In this document: piece after piece, positions 17,139 through 26,137 of the stretch
Layout of the letters: each line of letters begins with the position of its first letter
Numbering within the stretch: the stretch's first letter is position 1
Source: Myxococcota bacterium
GTDB lineage: Bacteria > Myxococcota_A > UBA796 > UBA2385
DNA length: 26,137 bases
NCBI GenBank assembly: GCA_044344255.1
Contig: JBIJDH010000047.1
Location: forward strand, 1-26,137
Direction of reading: 5' to 3'
Notes under the pieces: model-generated
Databases searched by the model: none
The model's input: only the letters and a program-made list of their open reading frames with translations
What the model was told of the DNA's origin: nothing
Made by a program: the position numbers and the translations under genes

Positions 17139-18788
17139 CTAGCGCCCCGCCAGGCTCTTGAGCGCGTAGGTGCCGGCCACGACGACCCGCTCGGCGGGCT
17201 GGAGGCCGGCGTGGACCTCCCAGGTCTGACCGCTGCGGGCGCCCAGCGCGACCTCGCGGGCCTCGAAGCGCTCGGGGCCGGTCTTCACGAAGACGAGCAT
17301 CGTGCCGTTGCTCTCCACCACGGCGTCGTCGGGGACGGTGATGACGTCCTCGCTGGCGCCGACCGCGATCCAGGCCGAGGCGGAGAGGCCGGGGCGGAGC
17401 GCCGGGTCGGGCTCGAGGGCGAGGGTGACCTGGACGGTGCCGGTGGCGGGGTCGGAGGCGACACCGCCGTCGAGCACGATCGCCGGGAAGCTGCGCCCGG
17501 GCACCGCTGGGAGCGTGACCTCGGCGCGGGCACCGGCGACGATGGTCCCGGCCTCGGCCTCGGGCACGCGGGCGCTCACCCAGAGGGCGCGGTCGCTCAC
17601 GACGTGGAAGAGCTCGTCGCCGGGGGAGACCTGGTCTCCGGGCCCGACCGCGCCGAGGGCCAGCCGCCCGGACAGGGGGGCCGTGATGGCGACGAGGCCG
17701 TCGCGGGCCCCGGCGCGGCGCTCGGCCTCCCGCACCGCCACGCGGGCCACGTCGACGGCGGCCTGCCGCGCGAGGCGCTCCCGCTCGGACAGGGCCTCGC
17801 CGAGGGCGCCCACCTGGGCGAGGTCGCGCTCGGCGAGGGTGAGGGCCGCTCGTCGCTCGGCGAGCTGGGCCCCGGCGTCGGCGCGCTCGACGCCGATCGC
17901 CGCCCGATCGGCGGTGGAGGGGGTCTCGCGGAGGAGGGCCAGCACCGCCCCGGCGCGGACGAGGCTGCCGGGGGCTGGGAAGCCGCTGGCGGTGGCCTCG
18001 AGGGTGCCGCCGACGGGCGCCCGCAGCGTGGCCGAGCCGCCGGGCGCGGCGGTCAGCGCACCGAGGCCGAGGGTGTGCGGCGCGAAGGGCGTGAGCGAGA
18101 CCCGCAGCGTGCGGAGCCCGAGCAGGAGCTGGCTCTCCATGGGGAGCGAGAGGCCGGCGCCGGACGTTGGGGTCGCGGCCGCCGGCGCGCCGTGATCCTC
18201 CCCGCCGTGGGCCGAGACGCGGGAGGTGGACAGCGCCAGGAGCCCGATCAGGGCGGCCCCCGCGCCCCGCTGCCAGCGCCCGAGCCCGAAGCCGGCGCCG
18301 AAGACGAAGCCGAGGGCGAGCAGGGCCGCGGCCCCTCCGAGCAGCCACCCCGCCAGCCGGCCGACCCCCGACGCGGTCAGAGCCGGGCGATCGGCGATCT
18401 GCAGGCCGCTGACCCCGAAGAGGTCGGTCACTCCGTCGGCTTGGACGATGAGGGAGCCTGCATAGGCGCCGGGCTTCGGGAAGGTGATCGCCCCCTCGTG
18501 CACGCCGCCTTGGCCGGTGAAGGTCGCCTGGACCACGCCCGGGCCCGACAGCTCGAGGGTGGCCGACGAGAGGGAGACCGGCGCGCTGGTGTCGGCGTCG
18601 GCGATGAGGAGGCGGGCCGGCGCGGGTGAGGCGGACGGCGCCTGGGGGAGCACGAGCACGGCGTCGAAGGCGGCCGAGGTGAGCGGCAGCCGCAGTCCGT
18701 CGAGGGTGGCCGTGGGGGTGGGCGCGGGCGCGCCGTGGTCTTCCCCCCCGTGCGCGAAGGCGAGCTGGCAGAGCAGGAGCAGGATCAC
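17139..18788 (-). CDS. RND periplasmic adaptor with an extra N-terminal domain, internal hydrophobic segments and two HGGEDH motifs
   Basis: GTG 18788 overlaps the TolC stop (GTGA) after GGAGG. VILLLLCQLAFA|HGGEDH...VSA|HGGEDH, then an adaptor core: LRAPVGG, ITAPLSG, LWVSARVPE, LRPGLSA, VPDDAVV. Confidence 0.9.
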   Translation of the reverse strand: MILLLLCQLAFAHGGEDHGAPAPTPTATLDGLRLPLTSAAFDAVLVLPQAPSASPAPARLLIADADTSAPVSLSSATLELSGPGVVQATFTGQGGVHEGAITFPKPGAYAGSLIVQADGVTDLFGVSGLQIADRPALTASGVGRLAGWLLGGAAALLALGFVFGAGFGLGRWQRGAGAALIGLLALSTSRVSAHGGEDHGAPAAATPTSGAGLSLPMESQLLLGLRTLRVSLTPFAPHTLGLGALTAAPGGSATLRAPVGGTLEATASGFPAPGSLVRAGAVLALLRETPSTADRAAIGVERADAGAQLAERRAALTLAERDLAQVGALGEALSERERLARQAAVDVARVAVREAERRAGARDGLVAITAPLSGRLALGAVGPGDQVSPGDELFHVVSDRALWVSARVPEAEAGTIVAGARAEVTLPAVPGRSFPAIVLDGGVASDPATGTVQVTLALEPDPALRPGLSASAWIAVGASEDVITVPDDAVVESNGTMLVFVKTGPERFEAREVALGARSGQTWEVHAGLQPAERVVVAGTYALKSLAGR

Positions 18789-19948
18789 GGGCGGACCTCC
18801 TCGGGGATTCGGGCGGCGAGCTCCCAGAGGGCGAGCCGGGCACGCTCCAGGCGCCAGCGGGCGTCGATGGCCTCTCCCGCGAGGGCGGCGGCGCGGTCGC
18901 GGGCCGAGAGGCTCTCGGTGAGGCTGATCTCCCCCGCCAGCAGGCGGGCCTTCGGGGCCTCGAGGGTGGCGCGCAGGTCGATCGGCGCCCATGCGGCGGC
19001 CACCCGCTCGGCCACCCGGAGCTCCTCGCGGGCCCCGGCGGCGAGGGCGGCGGCCTCGTCGACCGTGGAGCGCCGGAGCGCTTGGGCGAGGTCGGCCCGC
19101 GCGGCGGCCCCCCGCGCCGCCGCGGCTCGGGGGGCGAAGAGGGGGAGCTCGAGCGAGAGGCCGAGGGTGGGCCCCGGCGTGCCGTGGTGGCCCTCGGCCG
19201 CCTCGAAGACGTAGCCCCCCTCGAGGTCGAGGTGGGGGAGGCGGTCGAAGGCGGCCGCCCGCGCGAGCGCGATGGCCGCCCGCGCGTCGAGGTCGGCGAC
19301 GAGGGCCGCGGGGAGCGCGGCGGGCTCCACCGACGGCGGGGGAGCGAGGACCGGCCAGGCCGCGAGCGCGGGCAGGGGCTCGACGGGCTCGCCGAGCAGG
19401 GCCATGAGGTGGCGCAGGGCCCCTTTCGCTTCGAGCTCGGCGCGCAGGGACCGCTCGAGGAGGCTGGCGGCGTCGGCCTCGGCGAGGGCGAGGTCGCTCG
19501 ACGTCCACTCCCCCGCCGAACGCCGGGCCCGGGCGCCCACGAGCAGCGCCTCGGCCTGACCTTGCAGCGAGCCCCAGAGGACCGCTCGGTCTTCTCCCCG
19601 GCGGGCCTCGAGCCAGGCCGCGGCCACGACGGCGGCGACGGCGGCCTCCCCGATCTCCGCGCGGCGCGCGGCGGCCTCCGCGCCCTCCCGCGCCGCCGCC
19701 CAGCGGGCGGGGGCCGCCAGATCCAGCGGCAGGCTCAGCGAGAGCGCGTCCTCGTCGGGGCGTCGCTCGGCGGAGAGGGTCGGGTTCTCCCGCCAGGCCG
19801 CCGCCGCGCGGCCCTCCTCGACGGTCGCCGCCGCGCCCGCGCGCACCGCCGCCGCGGCCGGCGAGGTCTTCGCGCGCTCGAGCGCCGCCGAGAAGCTCAG
19901 CTCGGCGCCCAGGGCGGTCTGTAGCAGCAGCAAGAGTATGAACAGCAT
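18785..19948 (-). CDS. TolC family outer-membrane efflux protein (CzcC-like)
   Basis: ATG 19948 follows GAGGGAG. Signal peptide, ENPTLS, LSLSLPL, LPHLDL..GLSLELPLF and AGEISLTE. First gene of the efflux operon. Confidence 0.85.
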   Translation of the reverse strand: MLFILLLLLQTALGAELSFSAALERAKTSPAAAAVRAGAAATVEEGRAAAAWRENPTLSAERRPDEDALSLSLPLDLAAPARWAAAREGAEAAARRAEIGEAAVAAVVAAAWLEARRGEDRAVLWGSLQGQAEALLVGARARRSAGEWTSSDLALAEADAASLLERSLRAELEAKGALRHLMALLGEPVEPLPALAAWPVLAPPPSVEPAALPAALVADLDARAAIALARAAAFDRLPHLDLEGGYVFEAAEGHHGTPGPTLGLSLELPLFAPRAAAARGAAARADLAQALRRSTVDEAAALAAGAREELRVAERVAAAWAPIDLRATLEAPKARLLAGEISLTESLSARDRAAALAGEAIDARWRLERARLALWELAARIPEEVRP

Positions 19949-20003
19949 CGGCTCCCTCGTGTCTCCCCTCGTGTACTCATCTTTGGCCAGCGTTCGTTCC
20001 AAC

Positions 20004-21349
<1,346 letters not shown>

Positions 21350-21357
<8 letters not shown>

Positions 21358-22735
21358 AGGTGGGCTCCCAGCGGGCGACGGTCCCGCCGCCCTCGCGGTC
21401 GAGGTGGACGATGCGCCCGCCGAGGGCGCGCGCGATGCGCTGGGAGACGGCCAGCCCGAGGCCGGTGCCCTCGGGGCGCCCGGTGACGAAGGGCTCGTAG
21501 AGGCGGGCGCGCACCGTTTCCGGGAGGCCCCCCCCGCGGTCGCGCACCTCCACCGCGCCGCCGCGGGCCTGCACCTCGACCTCACCGTCGGTGGAGGCCT
21601 CGATCGCGTTGCGGATCAGGTTGTCGAGCACCTGACGGACCGCGGAGGGCGCGGCCAGGAGCGGGATGGGCTCGCCGCCCTTCCAGGAGACGGTGCTGCC
21701 GCGCATGTCGGCGAAGGGGATGGCCCGCTCGACGGCGGCGGCGGCGAGCTCGTCTACGCGCAGCAGGACGGGCTCGGCCTCGCCGGGGCGGGCGTAGCCG
21801 AGGAGGCCCTGGATGACGCGGCGCGCGTGATCGGCCTCGGCGCGGATGCGGGCGCCGTCGATGGGGTCGGCGCGGGTCTCGCCGAGGATGGCGCCGATGG
21901 GGCTCATGAGCTCATGGGCGACCGCGCCTGCGATCTCACCCAGGGCTTGCACCCGCTCCCGCTCCACCCGGCGGGCCTCGGCGGCCTGCACCCGCCCGAC
22001 CATCTCGTTGAAGGCGGCCCCGAGCTCGACCAGCTCGTCATCACCGCCCTTCGGAGCCTCGGGCGACTCCCCGCGGGAGAAGGCGCGGACGGCGGTGCGC
22101 AGGGCGTCGATGGGCGCGAGGAGGCTCGCCGCGAGGCGGCCCGTCACGACGGCGGCCAGCGCGAGGCCCGTGAGCACCACCGTGGCCACCCCGATCCAGG
22201 CGCGCTGGGTCTCCCGGCTCACCCGCTCCACCTCGGCGGCCTCGGCCCGGGAGAGCTGGTCGAGCGCCTGGTCGATGCTCTCCTGCACCCGCGCAGCGTG
22301 GGCCTCCGCCTCCTGGTTGAGCTCGGCGGCGGCTGCGCGGTCGAGGGTGCCGGCCTCGGCCCGCGGCGCCACCACGGTGTCGAACCACTCGTTCGAGCGG
22401 GTGACGGCGAGGCGGATCGGCGCCGTGTCGAGCGCGAAGGGGCTCTGTGCCGCCTCGGCGGCGGACAGGGTCCGCTCCACGTTGTCGACGCCCTCGTGGA
22501 GGTGGTGGAGGTGACCGGCGCCGCCCTCGATGAAGGTGTGGGCCTGGTGGACATAGAGCTCGCGGGCCGCGCGCGCGAGCTCCAGCAGGTCCTCTCGCTC
22601 GTCTCCGAGGCGCTGCTGGAGGAGGCAGGCCTCGTGCACCCGCCACCAGGAGACGAAGCCGAGCGAGGTCCCGGCCACCTGGAGGGCCAAGAGCGCCCCG
22701 GTGGCCAGGCTCAGCCGGCGGCGAAGCGAGGCCAA
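21350..22735 (-). CDS. Sensor histidine kinase (HAMP + HisKA + HATPase) with a His-rich periplasmic domain, CorS-like
   Basis: Two TMs, [18 protein letters not shown]-box AHELMSPI, N-box [20 protein letters not shown] and GTGLGL. Sensor segment [18 protein letters not shown]. Confidence 0.92.
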
Positions 22736-22739
22736 GGGC

Positions 22740-24242
22740 CTACTCCATCACGGTCATGAGGCCGGCCATCCCGCCGTCGGCGTGCTCCAAGATGTGGCAG
22801 TGGTACATCCACTCCCCCGGGTTGTCGAGGGCGGAGACGAGCTTCACCGTGGTGCGCGGCGGGATGTCGAAGGTGTCCTTCCACCCTTGCTCTTCGGCCG
22901 GGGCCACCCCGCCGATCTCCACCACCTGGAAGCGGTTTCCGTGGATGTGGAAGGGGTGGTGCATCTCCGAGGCGTTCTCCACCTCGAAGGTGGTGTCGGT
23001 GTTCATCATGACGTCGACCATCGGCACGTCGGGCCAGGTCTCACCGTCGATGCTGACGGTGCCCCCCGCCATGTCCTCCTCGAGGAGCCAGTGGTGCCCC
23101 ACGTTCTCGACCGGCCCGCTCCAGCCGGGGACGTCGGGGGTGGGCTGGGTCCAGCCGGAGCCGGCGACCGTCCCCTCCCCGTAGACGAAGCTCATCACGG
23201 GGTTCTCGCCGTCCCCCATGGGATCGTACTCGATCATGTCACCGTCTTCTTCGTGGAGCTGGAAGCGCTTGTTCATCAGGCGGTACTCCGCCCCCGGCTC
23301 GCCGGTGGCCTCGACCACCACCATCGCCCGCTCGCCTGGGGCCAGGACGAGGTGGTCGACGGCGTAGGGGGTGGTGAGGAAGCCGCCGTCGCTGCCCACG
23401 ACCCTCATCTCGTGGCCCTCGAGGGAGAGGTCCCAATACCGGGCGTTGCTGGCGTTGACGAGCCGGAGGAGCGTCGTCTGCCCCTTCGTCCAGGCCACGC
23501 GCCGGTCGCTCCGGCCGTTGGCCATGAGCACGTTGCCGAGCCGGCCCATGAGCTGCATCATCGAGGTGTCGGGCGGGGCGATCTGGAGCGTGTCCTCGTC
23601 GAGGAGCACGTCATCGAGCACGAGCGGCAGGTCACAGTCGGGGGTCACCTCGTCGGGCACATGCAGGATGATGGGCGCGTAGAGGCCCGCCTCGATGGTG
23701 ACGGCGGTGTCCATGTGGGTGTGGAACCAGTAGAAACCACCGTCCACGATCGTGTATTCATAATCGAAGCTCTCGCCCGGGCCGATGGGGTCGCCCATCA
23801 TCTGCATGATGCCGTCCATCTCGGGCGTGACGCGCAGGCCGTGCCAGTGGAGGCTCATCTCCATGTCGGTGTCGTTGGTGAAGTGGACCTTCACGCGGTC
23901 GCCGAGCCGGGCCTCCAGCACGGGGCCGGGCACGGACTCGTTGAAGGCCATGCCTGCGTCGAGGGGCACGCCGGTGCCAGGGTCCCAGGCGAAGTGGGAG
24001 GCCGAGAGGGTGAGCTCGACCACCCCCTCCGCAGGGTCCTCGTCGGGCATGGCCGTATAGCCGCAGGCCTCCGGCGCGGTCGGGGTGGCGGTGTCGCCGG
24101 TGTCCGCCGTGTCGGGGGCGGCGCTGTCCTTCGGGCCGGCCCCGTCGCCTCCCTTGTCGCTGTCGCCGGAGCAGGCCGCGAGGGAGCCGGCCGCGAGGGA
24201 GCCGGCCGCGAGAAGGAGAAGGGTAGAGATTTGGCTTCGCAT
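22740..24242 (-). CDS. Multicopper oxidase (three-domain, CueO/CuoA-like) lipoprotein
   Basis: All four Cu motifs are present: HWHG, WFHTH, HHPFHIHG and HCHILEHADGGM (Met axial ligand). Lipobox LAAC. Met-rich segments. Confidence 0.95.
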   Translation of the reverse strand: MRSQISTLLLLAAGSLAAGSLAACSGDSDKGGDGAGPKDSAAPDTADTGDTATPTAPEACGYTAMPDEDPAEGVVELTLSASHFAWDPGTGVPLDAGMAFNESVPGPVLEARLGDRVKVHFTNDTDMEMSLHWHGLRVTPEMDGIMQMMGDPIGPGESFDYEYTIVDGGFYWFHTHMDTAVTIEAGLYAPIILHVPDEVTPDCDLPLVLDDVLLDEDTLQIAPPDTSMMQLMGRLGNVLMANGRSDRRVAWTKGQTTLLRLVNASNARYWDLSLEGHEMRVVGSDGGFLTTPYAVDHLVLAPGERAMVVVEATGEPGAEYRLMNKRFQLHEEDGDMIEYDPMGDGENPVMSFVYGEGTVAGSGWTQPTPDVPGWSGPVENVGHHWLLEEDMAGGTVSIDGETWPDVPMVDVMMNTDTTFEVENASEMHHPFHIHGNRFQVVEIGGVAPAEEQGWKDTFDIPPRTTVKLVSALDNPGEWMYHCHILEHADGGMAGLMTVME

Positions 24243-24337
24243 CGGGATATTCCTCGGAGGCTACCCGCGGAGGGTCTTCGGCTTCGTGGTCCACCACCAT
24301 AGCCGGCTGGCGGTGCGGGCAGGAGCGAAGGGGCGCT

Positions 24338-24373
24338 GTGATGTCCCGCGTCACGGGTGACGCCCGGTGTCAC
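24338..24373. promoter_or_regulatory. Array of GTGAC/GTCAC inverted half-sites in the divergent promoter region (candidate regulator binding sites)
   Basis: GTGATGTCCCGCGTCAC (24338-24354) and GTGACGCCCGGTGTCAC (24357-24373). Central perfect inverted repeat GCGTCAC-GG-GTGACGC (24348-24363). Confidence 0.6.
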
Positions 24374-24423
24374 CGATGCGACGGCCGGCCTCCGTCGGTA
24401 AGGTGGGGCCACTGGAGCGCCTG

Positions 24424-24897
24424 ATGTCCCTCTCCTCTCGGTCCTCGACACCCCTCTTCTCCCTGCTGCTCGCCCTCAGCCCCCTCGCCCTCTCGGCCTG
24501 CGGGGGGAAGGCGAGCGACGACTCCGGCGGCGCGGCGGAGTCCGACGCCGACACCGACGCGGACGCCGACAGCGACACGGACGCCGACTCCGACGCCGAC
24601 GCCGACGCCGACGCGGACTGCGCGACGGTCAATTCGGGCACGGACTGGCGTTGGAACGGCGAGTGCCCGCAGATGCCGACGCCCTGCGACATCGTGGTCG
24701 ACGCCTGCACCCTGACCATCGACTACACCGCCGACGGCGGCATGACGATGGACATGCCCACCGGCGGCACCATCGCCGGTGACACGATCACCTTCAACGC
24801 AGAGAACGGCATCAGCGGCTGCGTCGGCATCGTCGAGGACGCTGACACCATCTCCGGCGGCTGCGACGGCGGCTGCACCTTCACCCTGAAGCGCTGA
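24424..24897 (+). CDS. Lipoprotein with a DA(D/S/T) acidic linker and a Cys-rich domain carrying an MTMDM motif
   Basis: ATG 24424 follows GGAG. Lipobox LSAC, SDADTDADADSDTDADSDADADADAD, 7 Cys after the linker, GGMTMDMP. Confidence 0.8.
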   Translation: MSLSSRSSTPLFSLLLALSPLALSACGGKASDDSGGAAESDADTDADADSDTDADSDADADADADCATVNSGTDWRWNGECPQMPTPCDIVVDACTLTIDYTADGGMTMDMPTGGTIAGDTITFNAENGISGCVGIVEDADTISGGCDGGCTFTLKR

Positions 24898-24910
24898 GGC
24901 CGCGGGGTGG

Positions 24911-24954
24911 CGCTGGTGCCAGGCACGCTGGTGCCAGGCACGCTGGTGCGAGGC
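24911..24954. repeat. 15-nt tandem repeat x3 between convergent genes
   Basis: CGCTGGTGCCAGGCA x2 plus CGCTGGTGCGAGGC; contains the palindrome GTGCC-A-GGCAC. Confidence 0.9.
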
Positions 24955-24979
24955 GTGGAGGCGCAGGCACCGAGGCTGC

Positions 24980-25312
24980 TCAGTGGACAGCCCCGACCAT
25001 CGGCGCGTCCGGATACCAGGCCTCTCGCCACGCCTGCATCTGTGCGATCTCCTTGTCCTGGTCGCGCATGATGTCCGCCGCGAGGGCTTTGACCTCGGCG
25101 TGCGCCGCCTGCTCGGCACAGGAATTCGCCATCATGACGGCGCCCTGGTGATGCGGGATCATGGCGTCCAGGAAGGCGAGGTCGAAGGGTGTTGCGGTCT
25201 TCAGCGCCTCGATAGCCTTTGGCATGTCCACGGGTGCGGGCATCGCGTGCCGATCGGGCGCTTCGGGGGGAGCGCCGCCGCAGGCGATGAGGAGCAGGCT
25301 CAAGAGCAGCAT
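24980..25312 (-). CDS. DUF305 (CopM-like, ferritin-like) lipoprotein
   Basis: Lipobox LIAC. FDLAFLDAMIPHHQGAVMMA...LAADIMRDQDKEIAQMQAWREAWY is the DUF305 signature. Confidence 0.9.
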   Translation of the reverse strand: MLLLSLLLIACGGAPPEAPDRHAMPAPVDMPKAIEALKTATPFDLAFLDAMIPHHQGAVMMANSCAEQAAHAEVKALAADIMRDQDKEIAQMQAWREAWYPDAPMVGAVH

Positions 25313-25716
25313 GATTTCGCCCGCGTGTCCAGGGACCGGCAGGCCGCTTCACACTCGCGACAGGCCTCCGCGCACAGACGGCAGTGCTCCATCATCTGGG
25401 CGTGGTGCTCGCACTCCCCGGCGCAGGCTGCACAGGCGGTCGCACAGGCGTTGAGCAGCGCCGTCACCACCTTCCAGTCCGGCTCGGAGGTGCGGGCCAG
25501 CACCTGGGCGGTCGCGTCACAGACCGCCGCACAGTCCATATTGAGGCGGACACAGCGAATGAGCATCTCCCCCTTCGCCTCCACAACGCAGGCATCGGCG
25601 CAGCTCCGACAGACCTGGGCGCACTCCTGACAGGCGGTCAGACAGGCCAGCCAGCCGGGGTGCTTGAGCTCTGCATGGGTCGGGTGGCTCTTCAACATAG
25701 ACGAGAGTTGATTCAT
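25300..25716 (-). CDS. DUF326 four-helix-bundle copper-storage protein (Csp3/YhjQ-like)
   Basis: ATG 25716 follows AGGGGA. CLTACQECAQVCRSCADAC, CVRLNMDCAAVC and CATACAACAGECEHHAQMMEHCRLCAEACRECEAAC. No signal peptide. Confidence 0.92.
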   Translation of the reverse strand: MNQLSSMLKSHPTHAELKHPGWLACLTACQECAQVCRSCADACVVEAKGEMLIRCVRLNMDCAAVCDATAQVLARTSEPDWKVVTALLNACATACAACAGECEHHAQMMEHCRLCAEACRECEAACRSLDTRAKSCCS

Positions 25717-25782
25717 GACTTCCCCTGGCAGCGGATCGTGAACGGACATCGTCCAAGGTCAGCAGGCCCTCGAAGGAGGCAT

Positions 25783-25800
25783 ATGCAAGCCACGAGCCAG
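25783..25800 (-). promoter_or_regulatory. Sigma54 (-24/-12) promoter for the DUF326-DUF305 genes
   Basis: The minus strand reads CTGGCTCGTGGCTTGCAT: GG-N10-GC, close to TGGCACG-N4-TTGC, 66 nt upstream of ATG 25716. Confidence 0.8.
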
Positions 25801-26137
25801 GGGGAGAGTCTCGTGAATCCAGCCGCTTACGGCCGCGACCGGACAAAGGGAGTGTCGCATTTTCTCAAATTGAAGGGTTCGCCTTGTCAGTTCGATGTGG
25901 CAATAATAGTATTTTGACCAACCACATTGTGATGAATTCCGTCACGTCGGCGTCGGGGGATGACAGCATCGCTGGCCCCCGGAGGAAGGGGAGGTTCGGC
26001 GCCCCTAAGTTGAAGTTGGCATAGGTCGAATAGCAAGAATGGCCATCAACACGGAATTTGAGACGCAGGTGGGCGTTCGCGTTCTGGCTACGCCAGGACG
26101 GGTTTGGTCCGGCGGTGCGCGATCCGGCCCGAAGCTC

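Noticed and set aside
18789..19508. N-terminal 240-aa extension of ORF 17139..19508
   Set aside because: It overlaps tolC in another frame and is Arg/Pro-rich noise. The real start is GTG 18788, with an RBS and a signal peptide.
19985..20003. Sigma54 promoter before tolC (minus strand TTGGAACGAACGCTGGC)
   Set aside because: The -12 position reads GG instead of the near-invariant GC. It is too weak to call.
24911..24950. Sigma54-like TGGCAC motifs in the 15-nt repeat
   Set aside because: GG-to-GC spacing is 9, not 10, and the site lies between two gene 3' ends.
25865..26137. Open minus-strand frame of about 90 codons entering from the right edge in lower-GC DNA
   Set aside because: There is no recognisable motif and it is truncated by the window edge. 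It cannot be supported as a gene without flanking sequence.

Overview
Very GC-rich bacterial DNA. It is probably Myxococcota-like, inferred from the many lipoproteins with DTG/DADSD linkers, a CorSR-like regulator pair and an IS4-type remnant. The left part (1-6820) holds mixed accessory genes: a His-heptad-repeat secreted protein, a frameshifted small lipoprotein, an FGE-sulfatase/CLec-fold lipoprotein with a DGR-VR-like C-terminus, an ATP-grasp ligase, an ECF sigma relic, an Rpn/PD-(D/E)XK nuclease, a lower-GC lipoprotein and an M15A peptidase. Next is a heavy-metal RND operon without a TolC (6867-12178). It is built around a duplicated Cys/His module (WCxEHxxPESxCxxC) present both stand-alone and fused to the adaptor, and ends with a TlpA thioredoxin. 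At 12215 a TGT terminus followed by two tandem 19-bp sites resembles a Tn7/Tn5053-type transposon end, and an IS4 transposase fragment follows. A copper/metal cluster, mostly on the minus strand, fills 13224-25800: His-rich lipoprotein, second RND pump, double-HGGEDH adaptor, TolC, a sigma54 response regulator with two lesions (D->N and a frameshift), a His-rich sensor kinase, a multicopper oxidase, a DUF305 protein and a DUF326/Csp3-like protein with a near-consensus sigma54 promoter. No rRNA, tRNA or CRISPR array was seen. All family calls are from motif recognition by eye; no searches were run.
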